The notes under the pieces are model-generated. The model saw only the letters and a program-made list of their open reading frames with translations, was not told where the DNA came from and did no database searches. From contig JAEUKH010000018.1 in the NCBI GenBank assembly GCA_016792845.1, positions 10,984 through 74,983 on the forward strand: DNA of 64,000 bases, written 5' to 3'. Position 1 is the stretch's first letter, and every line of letters starts with the position of its first letter. Source of the DNA: Myxococcales bacterium (lineage in GTDB: Bacteria; Myxococcota_A; Polyangia; Polyangiales; Ga0077539). Positions 52,413 through 60,791 of the stretch are shown here, piece by piece. The position numbers were made by a program, and so were the translations under genes.

Positions 52413-55079
52413 TCAGAAGCCCGGCGTCGCGCCGGTGGGGACGAGCTGCGTCGAGAGCGCGCCGTGCGCGTCGACACCCTCGGCGCGAAGCACGAAGAGC
52501 GCTTCGACGTAGAGCCGCCCCTCGTCGAGGCGACCCTCGCCGATGGCGCTCACCCGCACGTTGCCGTCGCCGAGCCGTGAGAGCTCGATGACGAGCGGCT
52601 GAGAGGCCCCGAGGCGCAGCGCCGCGTCGCCCTTCTCGAAGCCCGTTGGGTGCGCCGCGAGCGCCGCCAGGGCGTGAAGCCCCGCGTCGGCCGAGGGCCC
52701 TTCGAAGCCGAGCAGCATGCCCTCGCTGCCCGTAGTGAGACGGCCCACAAAGGCCCGCGCGACCTCGGCGTTGCTGTCGCCGAAGGCCACACGCCCCGCG
52801 CGCATCGAGAGCGCCAGCTGAACCGCAGGCCCCCACCCCGAAGCCCCCTGCGCGCGGAACGACAAGGCCGACCGACGCGCCCGCGAGAGCTCGTCGTGCG
52901 CCTCGACCAGCGCGACCCGATCACCCGCCGGGAGCTCGCCGAGCAACGCAGCCAGGAGCGTCGTACGCCCCGCGCCCCGCGCGCCCACCACGACGATGTT
53001 GCGCCGCGAGACCAGCGCGTTGTGCAGCAGAGCCACCGCGGGCGCCGAGAGCACCCCACGGGTGGCCAGCTCTTGCAGCGAGGCCGGCCGCGCCGCCGCG
53101 CGCTCAAGGGTCGCCACCACCCCGTGCGGCACCAACGGAGCGTAGGCCGCCACCACCCGCACGCCGCCGTGCACCACGGTGTCGATGTGGCTCGACGCGC
53201 CGCGGTTGAAGCCCTGGGCCCCGAGCCAGCGGTCAAGACACTCGGCCGCCGCTTCGCTGCTCGAGAACCACTGCCCTGTCGCGGCAATGGCGCCCCCGCG
53301 GGCCGCGTGCACAGCCCCCGCGCCGTCGATCACCACCGCGGTGGTCTCGCCGTCTTCGAGGAGCGCCTCAAGGGCGCCGCTGCCCGCGATCTCTGCCAGG
53401 GCGTCGCGGGTCAGCCGCTCGACGGTGACCCCCGCGGGCATCGGGCCTACGGCGCGGGCCGTCTGCTCGACCAGGGGCCGAAGCCGCGCGCGCGCAACCT
53501 CGTCGCCCGCAGCGCCGTCACCGCCGCGCTGCCTGGCCTGCCGAACAACCTGCCCCAAGACCTCTTGATACTCGTTGCCGACCTGCGGTTCGAGCGCCCG
53601 CGCCACGGGCCGCGAGGCGATCTGAGCCGTGGCCCCGAGGCCCAACGAAGGCGCAGCGAGAGGCGTCGGCGCAGGGCCCGAAGGCGGCAGCCCCAAAGCC
53701 GGCGCTGACAGCGACTCTGCCATCATCGGCTCGGGCTGCGACTCGCGGTGAATCTCAACCGGCACCGGCGCCATCACGGGCTCGATGGGCGCCGCCTGCG
53801 GTGCGCCGAAACCAGGCGGAGGGCCCATCATCGGCGGGGCCCCGAGACCAGGCGGAGGGCCCATCATCGGAGCACCCAGACCGGGCGGAGGGCCCATCAT
53901 CGGAGCACCCAGACCGGGCGGAGGGCCCGGCGGTGCGCTCAACCCTGGGCCCATGCTCGGCGCCGCCAACGGCGGGGTCGCGAGATTGGGAGGAGGGCCA
54001 CCAAGCGACGGCGGAGGGCCGCCAAGCGACGGCGGTGGGCCACCAAGCGACGGCGGTGGGCCACCAAGCGACGGCGGTGGGCCGCCAAAGGAGGGTGCGG
54101 GCCCACCAAACGACGGCGCAGGCCCCCCCATCGGAGGCGGAGGGCCGCCCAGCGACGGCGGAGGGCCGCCAAGCGACGGCGCGCCGGGCTGGCTTGAACG
54201 GAGCGGCGGAGGCCCACCCACAGGAGCCCCTCCGGGCGGTGTGGCCATGGGGCCAGGAGGCCCGCCAAGCGGCGCGGCCGAGAGCCCACCCGCAGCAGGG
54301 CCCATCGAGGGTCGATTGCCAGGACCCCCAGAGGCAGACCCCACGCGCGGCGCAGGCCCGTTCGACAAGCCCGGCGGCGGGCCCATCGGCGGAGGGCCAC
54401 CCATCGGCGCGCCACCCATCGGCGGAGGGCCGCCCATTGGCGCACCACCCATCGGCGGAGGGCCGCCCATCGGCGCACCACGCATCGGCGGAGGGCCACC
54501 CATCGGCGCGCCACCCATCGGCGCGCCACCCATCGGCGGAGGGCCGCCCATCGGCGCGCCACCCATCGGCGGAGGGCCGCCCATCGGGCGCGGACCACCC
54601 GGCGGCGGACCCATCATCCCGGGCGGTGCGGTCATCGCGCGGGGACCACCCGGCGGGCCCGCAAAGCTCGGCGCCGGAGCCGGTGCTTCTTCTTCGTCGC
54701 CCCCGCCCCCGCCGTCGTCTTCGGGCGGCATCGCGTCGGCCGAGCCGTCGTCGACAAACTGGGCGTTCGGGTCGTCGACCATGGGCTGATCGCCCATCTC
54801 GACCATCACCACGAAATCGCCGATGTAGATCTTGTCGCCGGGGCGAACCACCGAGGGCGTCGTGATACGCCGACCGTTGAGGTAGGTGCCGTTGGTGCTC
54901 TTGAGGTCAACGACGAAGAAACGCCCGTCTTGACGCACCACCCGAGAGTGCCGCTTCGAAACATTGCCCTTCGGCAGCACAATGTCATTGCCCGGGACCC
55001 GACCGACCGTCACCTCGTCTCGGTCGAACTCCATCCGCTTCGGGGTACCGCCCTTTTCAGTGACGATCAGTGTCAGCAT
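52413..55079 (-). CDS. FHA-domain protein with long Pro/Gly-rich repeat region and C-terminal CpaF/VirB11-like (type II/IV secretion-type) ATPase domain
   Basis: N-terminal FHA domain (VTVGRVPGNDIVLPKGNVSKRHSRVV...TNGTYLNG). About 350 aa of GGPPPM / GGPPPSL tandem repeats. C-terminal Walker A VVGARGAGRTTLL and VALVEAHDEL. Immediately upstream of the pilM operon on the same strand. Confidence 0.7.
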   Translation of the reverse strand: MLTLIVTEKGGTPKRMEFDRDEVTVGRVPGNDIVLPKGNVSKRHSRVVRQDGRFFVVDLKSTNGTYLNGRRITTPSVVRPGDKIYIGDFVVMVEMGDQPMVDDPNAQFVDDGSADAMPPEDDGGGGGDEEEAPAPAPSFAGPPGGPRAMTAPPGMMGPPPGGPRPMGGPPPMGGAPMGGPPPMGGAPMGGAPMGGPPPMRGAPMGGPPPMGGAPMGGPPPMGGAPMGGPPPMGPPPGLSNGPAPRVGSASGGPGNRPSMGPAAGGLSAAPLGGPPGPMATPPGGAPVGGPPPLRSSQPGAPSLGGPPPSLGGPPPPMGGPAPSFGGPAPSFGGPPPSLGGPPPSLGGPPPSLGGPPPSLGGPPPNLATPPLAAPSMGPGLSAPPGPPPGLGAPMMGPPPGLGAPMMGPPPGLGAPPMMGPPPGFGAPQAAPIEPVMAPVPVEIHRESQPEPMMAESLSAPALGLPPSGPAPTPLAAPSLGLGATAQIASRPVARALEPQVGNEYQEVLGQVVRQARQRGGDGAAGDEVARARLRPLVEQTARAVGPMPAGVTVERLTRDALAEIAGSGALEALLEDGETTAVVIDGAGAVHAARGGAIAATGQWFSSSEAAAECLDRWLGAQGFNRGASSHIDTVVHGGVRVVAAYAPLVPHGVVATLERAAARPASLQELATRGVLSAPAVALLHNALVSRRNIVVVGARGAGRTTLLAALLGELPAGDRVALVEAHDELSRARRSALSFRAQGASGWGPAVQLALSMRAGRVAFGDSNAEVARAFVGRLTTGSEGMLLGFEGPSADAGLHALAALAAHPTGFEKGDAALRLGASQPLVIELSRLGDGNVRVSAIGEGRLDEGRLYVEALFVLRAEGVDAHGALSTQLVPTGATPGF

Positions 55080-55203
55080 CGGCGCCGTCTACTCCTCGTT
55101 CTCGTGCCAGAGCACGCTACCAGACCCTACCCTGTCAAGGGCACTCTTTTATGTTGTCTTCGCGCGAAAGTGCGCCCCGCGCCGCCGACCCGACGGCGCG
55201 TCG

Positions 55204-56334
55204 TCACCACAACGGATCGTCAGCGTCGGCCTCGCGCGCCTCGACGGCCTCAACCCGCCGCATCGGAGACGCCGCGAGCCGCGCACGCACCGCCCCCACC
55301 AGCACCTCGGCGTACCCCGCAAAGGGCGGGCACTCAATCGCTGCGCCGCGCAGCCAACGCTGCGAATTCGAAGCACCAAACCACGCCCGCGAGGCCACCT
55401 GGTCGAAGAAGGCCCTGGGGCTCCGCGCGAGGCGCTCAAGGCCCGGCGCCGACAAGAGCGCGCGCGCGACGTGAACCGGCACAACGCCGCGCCCAAGCTG
55501 CTTCGAGCTCGCGCGGGCCAGGAGCTCCCACACGCGCCTCACCGGCAAGGGCGACGGGTCGACCAGATGGACGGTCTGCCCCGCCATGGTCACGTCTTGC
55601 CCCAGCGCCACACTCGCGCGGGCCACAAAATCGACCGGAACGATGTTGAGCGGCTGCTCGCCGATGACCGGCAGGGGCACCACCTGGAGGTCGACCGGCG
55701 CGCTCAGCAGCAGCAAGATCAGCACGTAGAGCCCGTCGAGGAGGTCGACCTCGCCGGTGACCGAGTGCCCGACCATGAGGGCCCGTCGCACCACGGTCAC
55801 GCCCCACGCCGCGGGGGCGCGCCGCCACGCGCGTTCGGCCCGAAAGAGCGACGACTCGATGGGGCCTCGGAAGCCCTGCCCGAGCTCAAGGTCGGCCTCT
55901 GAGAGGGTGCCGACGAAATCACCGGCGACCCGCACCGACGATTGGATCACCACCCGCGGGCGGCGGCCCCAACCGTGGGCGGCGTCGACGAGGGCGATGA
56001 GCTCGCGGGTGCCTTGAAGGTTCAGCTGCTCGGCGAGGCGCACTTGTTCGCCCTCGGCGGTGGCGACGGCGGCGTGGTGGATGACATCGGCCCGGGTGGC
56101 CAGCGCGCGATACGCGGCCCCGCTCAGCCCGAGGTCGATCGACGACACGTCGCCGAGCACCGCCTCGACCCGCGCGGCGCGCTCGCCGAGGCGCTGCGCC
56201 CAAGCGCCCCACTCGCCGTGATGCCGCGGCCTCACCAGCATCACCGCGGTGACCTCGGGGTCTTCGAGGCTCTCTTCGGCGATGAGCCGCGCGAGCTGTC
56301 GCGGGTACCCGGTGATGAACACCGTGCGCTTCAT
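55204..56334 (-). CDS. NAD(P)-dependent epimerase/dehydratase (extended SDR) family protein
   Basis: Start ATG 56334 (MKRTVFITGYPRQLARLIAEE, with a TGxxGxxG-like Rossmann N-terminus). ATGA overlap with the upstream coaE. Confidence 0.6.
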   Translation of the reverse strand: MKRTVFITGYPRQLARLIAEESLEDPEVTAVMLVRPRHHGEWGAWAQRLGERAARVEAVLGDVSSIDLGLSGAAYRALATRADVIHHAAVATAEGEQVRLAEQLNLQGTRELIALVDAAHGWGRRPRVVIQSSVRVAGDFVGTLSEADLELGQGFRGPIESSLFRAERAWRRAPAAWGVTVVRRALMVGHSVTGEVDLLDGLYVLILLLLSAPVDLQVVPLPVIGEQPLNIVPVDFVARASVALGQDVTMAGQTVHLVDPSPLPVRRVWELLARASSKQLGRGVVPVHVARALLSAPGLERLARSPRAFFDQVASRAWFGASNSQRWLRGAAIECPPFAGYAEVLVGAVRARLAASPMRRVEAVEAREADADDPLW

Positions 56335-56942
56335 CTCGGGGCCCCGAAGCGCGCGACCAGGGCCTCGTAGACCGACGTGACCTGTGCGGTGAGGGCCTCG
56401 CGGTCGCCGCTGTTGTCGATGACCCAGTCGGCGACGCTGACCTTCTCGGCGAGGGGCCATTGGGCGTCGATGCGGGCTTGGGCCTCATCGCGGGTCGAGC
56501 CGTCGCGGGCCATGAGCCGGGCGCGCTGGACCTCGGGCGCGGCGCTCACCACGACGAGGGCCGCCATGCCTCGATAGACCCCGTTCTCGACGAGGAGCGC
56601 GGCTTCGTAGAGGGCGAAGCGGCGGCCCTCGGCGGCGAGCTCAGCGAAGCGGCGTGCGCTCTCGGCGCCGATGCGCGGGTGCAAGATGCCGTTGAGCGTC
56701 GCGCGGGCCGTGGCGTCAGTGAAGACGCGCTGACCGAGCTTCTTTCGATCGAGGGAGCCGTCGGCCGCGAGCACCTCGGGGCCGAAGGCGTCGACCACCG
56801 CGGCGAGGCCCTCAGAGCCCGGCAGCACCACGTCGCGGGCCACCGCGTCGGCGTCGATGACCGCGACGCCACGGGCGCGAAAGCCTTCTGCCACCGCGCT
56901 CTTGCCACAAGCGATGCCACCCGTCAGCCCAACCACCTGCAT
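56331..56942 (-). CDS. coaE: dephospho-CoA kinase
   Basis: MQVVGLTGGIACGKSAV P-loop N-terminus characteristic of CoaE. About 200 aa. The alternative upstream ATG at 56981 is less likely. Confidence 0.7.
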   Translation of the reverse strand: MQVVGLTGGIACGKSAVAEGFRARGVAVIDADAVARDVVLPGSEGLAAVVDAFGPEVLAADGSLDRKKLGQRVFTDATARATLNGILHPRIGAESARRFAELAAEGRRFALYEAALLVENGVYRGMAALVVVSAAPEVQRARLMARDGSTRDEAQARIDAQWPLAEKVSVADWVIDNSGDREALTAQVTSVYEALVARFGAPR

Positions 56943-57145
56943 ACCGGTTTCAAGACCTTGCAGGAACTCCAAGGCCATCACAACGCTTTCGAACGGAATC
57001 CTTGCCAGCGCCCCTCGAAGGCGGCCAAGTTGAGGGCGCAGTGAAGGCTCCCAGAGACCCCTCCGTGCTGCCTGATGAGCGCGTCATTCACGTCGATTTC
57101 GAGCGTGGCCGTCGCGTCGACCAGGCCTTGCTGCGGGCCCCCGCG

Positions 57146-58051
57146 GTGCGCGAGCCCGACCGTGACACCGTCGCGCGCACCTTCACCCGCGCCGAGGTGG
57201 CCGAGCGCTTCGGCGTCGCGGCGCGGCGGCTCTCGTCTTGGGAGCGCGCGGGGATCATTGTCCCTTCGGGGCCGCGCGCGCGGGGAGCGGCGAAGTACAC
57301 CTTCACCGACCTCTTGGCGGTTCGCATCGCGAAGGGGCTCTCGGCGTCGGGCTTTAGCACCGCGCAGCTTCGGGCGGCGATCGCGCACTTGCAGACGCAG
57401 CTCCCGCCGCTCGCTCAGCCGCTCACCGAGATGCGCCTGGGCGCCGAGGGCCGTTCGCTGGTGGCGCGGCACGAGGGCGCGCGCTTCGACCCGCTCACCG
57501 GCCAGCTGATCTTCGACTTCGACGTCCGCGCGCTCCGCGACGACGTGGTGCGGGTGATCCGCCCGCGGGTCTCGGCGCGCCAGCAAGAAGCCTGGAAGTG
57601 GTACCTTGAGGGCCTGCGCCTCGACGAAGACGAGACCGCCCGCGGGCGCGCCGAAGCGGCCTACCGCAAGGCCATCGAGCTCGACCCGAACCTCGCCACG
57701 GCCCTGACCAACCTCGGCAACCTTCGGCTCACCGACGACGACCGCGACGAGGCCGAGGCTCTCTACCGCCGGGCCCTCGCGGCAGACCCCAACCTTGCCG
57801 AGGCGCCGTACAACCTCGCGTACCTCTTGGTCGAGCGCAACGAGCGCGAGGCCGCGGTGGTGCTCTTCGCGCGGGCCATCGAGCTCCGCCCTGACTTCGC
57901 CGAGGCCCACTACAACCTCGCCATGGCGCTCTCAGAGCTGGGTCAACACCTTCAGGCCCGCCCGCACTGGAAGCGGTACCTCGAGCTCGACCCGCGGGGC
58001 CCGTGGAGCGCCCTCGCGCGGCAGCGGCTCGACGCGCATCGGCCCGCTTGA
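57146..58051 (+). CDS. MerR-family HTH protein fused to TPR repeats
   Basis: The six-frame ORF starts at TTG 57002. In-frame GTG 57146 puts the MerR-type HTH (TRAEVAERFGVAARRLSSWERAGII) at the N-terminus, as expected for this family. C-terminal TPRs (AYRKAIELDPNLATALTNLGNL..., AHYNLAMAL...). Confidence 0.5.
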   Translation: MREPDRDTVARTFTRAEVAERFGVAARRLSSWERAGIIVPSGPRARGAAKYTFTDLLAVRIAKGLSASGFSTAQLRAAIAHLQTQLPPLAQPLTEMRLGAEGRSLVARHEGARFDPLTGQLIFDFDVRALRDDVVRVIRPRVSARQQEAWKWYLEGLRLDEDETARGRAEAAYRKAIELDPNLATALTNLGNLRLTDDDRDEAEALYRRALAADPNLAEAPYNLAYLLVERNEREAAVVLFARAIELRPDFAEAHYNLAMALSELGQHLQARPHWKRYLELDPRGPWSALARQRLDAHRPA

Positions 58052-58060
58052 GCGTTGACC

Positions 58061-58993
58061 TCAGCGCTCTGAATGCCCGCAGCGAATGCCCACGTCGACC
58101 GAGGGCTCTCTCGATTCGGTGCGGCACCTTTCGTTGAGGCTGACCGGGCGCTCTCGAAAGCTCGACCCGCAGCTCTCGATGTAGAGGCTCGTCGTCCAGT
58201 AGCGAAGGTTGCCGACCAGGTCTTCGACCCCGACCGCCGAGCGCGGTCTCGCGGGGCTCGCCTCACAGGGTAATGTGCGCCGCGCTTGCGGGCTCCAGCA
58301 GGTCTCGGTCGTCGGCGCTTCGTTGCCCCAGGGGTAACGTCGATCGTCGCCCGCACGGCCCACCGCGGGCCACATCCCAGACTGTGGGATCTCGGCCTCG
58401 CGAAACCGACAGAATGCCCGCGCGTTTTCGAACGAGACGCAGTTGATGGGGCGCAGGGGCTCGCCAGGCCGGGCGGCGCTGCACCCGGGCCCGAGCCCCG
58501 GTGGGGGGCAGGCGCGCGCGGCCACACACGCGAGATACTCGCCTACGGTCACCAACCGTGTCGACAGGCAGTTCGTCGGCCCGATGCTGCCCTCGCCCAC
58601 CTCGGGGATGCCGCTGTAGCCGGCCCGACACAGCGGAATCGGACCGATCCTTTCCAGCCGATGGATCTCACCCACGACCTCCTCGGGGCGCCGCTCGGTC
58701 GCTCTCGGAGGGGGCCCTGAAGGCCCTGAAGGCCCCGAAGGCTCTGATGACCCCGAAGGAGCTGATGACCCCGAAGGAGCTGATGACGCCGATGACGCCT
58801 GGTCGCGACCACCCGCCACGCAACGCAGGACCCCCGACACGTTGACCTGGCGGTAGCCCGGGGCGCACAGACATTGCTGGCCATCGGGTGCGGGGCGACC
58901 GCGGTTGCTCGGGCCGCACTGGAGCCGCGCCTGCGCCCAAACCGACGATGTTGACAGTGTCAACATGAGCAAGGCCGTCAGCGAGCGCTTCAT
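58061..58993 (-). CDS. secreted FGE-sulfatase (SUMF1/formylglycine-generating-enzyme-like) domain protein
   Basis: Start ATG 58993 (MKRSLTALLMLTLSTSSVWA signal). Ser-rich linker. FGE-domain motifs INCVSFENARAFC, RYPWGNE, GNLRYWT. Confidence 0.6.
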   Translation of the reverse strand: MKRSLTALLMLTLSTSSVWAQARLQCGPSNRGRPAPDGQQCLCAPGYRQVNVSGVLRCVAGGRDQASSASSAPSGSSAPSGSSEPSGPSGPSGPPPRATERRPEEVVGEIHRLERIGPIPLCRAGYSGIPEVGEGSIGPTNCLSTRLVTVGEYLACVAARACPPPGLGPGCSAARPGEPLRPINCVSFENARAFCRFREAEIPQSGMWPAVGRAGDDRRYPWGNEAPTTETCWSPQARRTLPCEASPARPRSAVGVEDLVGNLRYWTTSLYIESCGSSFRERPVSLNERCRTESREPSVDVGIRCGHSER

Positions 58994-59811
58994 CGCGCAC
59001 CGAGCGGGGCGACGCATCGAAAGCCGACGCGGCGGAGGTGGGTGGCGTTGGCCGCAACGCCGATGCGTGAGGTGACGGTGACGAACTCGGGCGAGACGTC
59101 GCCGTATCCGCCGCCTCGCACGGCGACCCGGGCCTGCGCGAGGGGGGCGTCAGGCTGGAGATTGGCGGGCATCTCCAAGGAGACGGGCTGGGCTGAGCCG
59201 GCACTCTGGGGGCCGCCCATCGGCAGGAAGAGGTTGAGGGTGAACTCCCAGACGTTGCCGGCCATGTCGTCGAGGCCGAGCGGGCTGCGCCCTGCGGCGA
59301 AGCTCCCGACCTGGCAGGTGCCTTCGCGCTGGCCTTCGAAGGCGCCGCTCCAACAGAGCTGTGAGACAGGCGGAGCGTCGCCCCAAGGGTACCGCCTTGG
59401 GTCGCCGCTCTGGGCGGCGTACTCCCACTGCGCCTCGGTAGGGAGGCTGAACCCGAAGGCCTGACAGTACCGACTGGCCTCGATGAAGCTCACGCAGTTC
59501 ATCGGGTGCCTGCCGTTGCCTGCGCGCACGATGTTGCAGTTCTCTTGAAAGGCTCGCCCCGAGCATGCGCCGCGCGCGACGCACGCGCTGTAGTCGTCAG
59601 CGGTGACCTCTGCGGTGTGGATGCAGAACCCGCTCTGCGAGACGGCCTGGGCCTGGACCTGGCGTTGGGACGCGCTGAGGCCGATGATGACCTGCCCGGC
59701 GGTGACCGCGACCATGCCCTGAGGGCACGCCGGGCCGACTTGCGCGAGCGCTGCGGCGGAGCCTAGCAGCGCCGCGAAGAACGACACGCTTCTTGTGTGA
59801 TGCACTGTCAT
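58990..59811 (-). CDS. secreted FGE-sulfatase domain protein (paralog)
   Basis: Start ATG 59811 (MTVHHTRSVSFFAALLGSAAALA). Motifs MNCVSFIEASRYCQAFG, RRYPWGD, GNVWEFT. TGA overlaps the ATG of the downstream paralog (ATGA). Confidence 0.6.
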   Translation of the reverse strand: MTVHHTRSVSFFAALLGSAAALAQVGPACPQGMVAVTAGQVIIGLSASQRQVQAQAVSQSGFCIHTAEVTADDYSACVARGACSGRAFQENCNIVRAGNGRHPMNCVSFIEASRYCQAFGFSLPTEAQWEYAAQSGDPRRYPWGDAPPVSQLCWSGAFEGQREGTCQVGSFAAGRSPLGLDDMAGNVWEFTLNLFLPMGGPQSAGSAQPVSLEMPANLQPDAPLAQARVAVRGGGYGDVSPEFVTVTSRIGVAANATHLRRVGFRCVAPLGAR

Positions 59812-59822
59812 GATCGCCCTCC

Positions 59823-60785
59823 TCACCGAATGCAACGAATGCCGACGCCGGCCAGCGCCCCGGGCTCATCGGGGACGGGGTAGCGCACCGTCGCGCCGAG
59901 GTACTCGGTGTTGACGACGCGCCAGCTGCCGCCCCGCGCGACGCCGAGCGCCCCGGCGGCGCCCCGCACCGGTACGTTCGCCAGCACGTTCTCTCGGGTG
60001 GCATAGGCGTTGGCGACGTAGACGTCGGCGGTCCACTCCCAGAGGCTGCCGACCATGTCGGCGACGCCGAAGGCCGAGAGGTTGGCCGCGCAATTGCCCG
60101 GGTAGCGATACTCGACCGGCCGCTCTTCACCCGGTCGCCGAATCAGACACGGCACCTCGTTGAGGCTCGTGCCCCACGGGTAGCGCGCCCCGGTGGCGCC
60201 GCGCGCTGCGAACTCCCACTCGGCCTCGGTGGGCAAGCGCATATTCCGCCACGCACAGAAAGCCGCCGCCTGCGCCTGGGTCACGCAGCTGATCGGCCGA
60301 TCGTACGTCGTGTCGGTGCGCGGCACGGTGCTCGGCGGCACGCTGCATCCCGCCCATCGCCCGGGCGGCGTGCACGCTTGCGCGTCGACACACTCGAGGT
60401 ACGCGCGCGCGGTCACCTCGCGGGTCATCATACAAAACGGCGCGACCTCGACGAGGACCCGCGGGCGCTCATCGGGGCGCCCCTCGCCCTCGCGAGAGCC
60501 CATCATGAACCACCCGCCTTCGACCGCGCGGGAGTCGACGTCGCAGCCGCGGCGCAGCGGCCACAACAGCCGCCCGGGGGGCCGCCCGTCGGCCACCGTG
60601 ATCGACAGCGCCACGCACATCGAGACCGACCCCTCGGTGCGCTCCTCGGCGCCCGCAGGGCACTCGCAGCGCGCGGCCGTGGGCGACGGACGCCCGGCGC
60701 CGCAGCGCATCACCGTCGGCACCGCGAGCGCAGTGCCAACATGCGCCATCATGAGACAGAATAGCAAGACTCGGGGGTGGGTCAT
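59823..60785 (-). CDS. secreted FGE-sulfatase domain protein (paralog)
   Basis: Signal peptide MTHPRVLLFCLMMAHVGTALA. Motifs ISCVTQAQAAAFCAWRNMRLPTEAEWEFAA, ARYPWG, GSLWEWT. Confidence 0.65.
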   Translation of the reverse strand: MTHPRVLLFCLMMAHVGTALAVPTVMRCGAGRPSPTAARCECPAGAEERTEGSVSMCVALSITVADGRPPGRLLWPLRRGCDVDSRAVEGGWFMMGSREGEGRPDERPRVLVEVAPFCMMTREVTARAYLECVDAQACTPPGRWAGCSVPPSTVPRTDTTYDRPISCVTQAQAAAFCAWRNMRLPTEAEWEFAARGATGARYPWGTSLNEVPCLIRRPGEERPVEYRYPGNCAANLSAFGVADMVGSLWEWTADVYVANAYATRENVLANVPVRGAAGALGVARGGSWRVVNTEYLGATVRYPVPDEPGALAGVGIRCIR

Positions 60786-60791
60786 GGGTGT

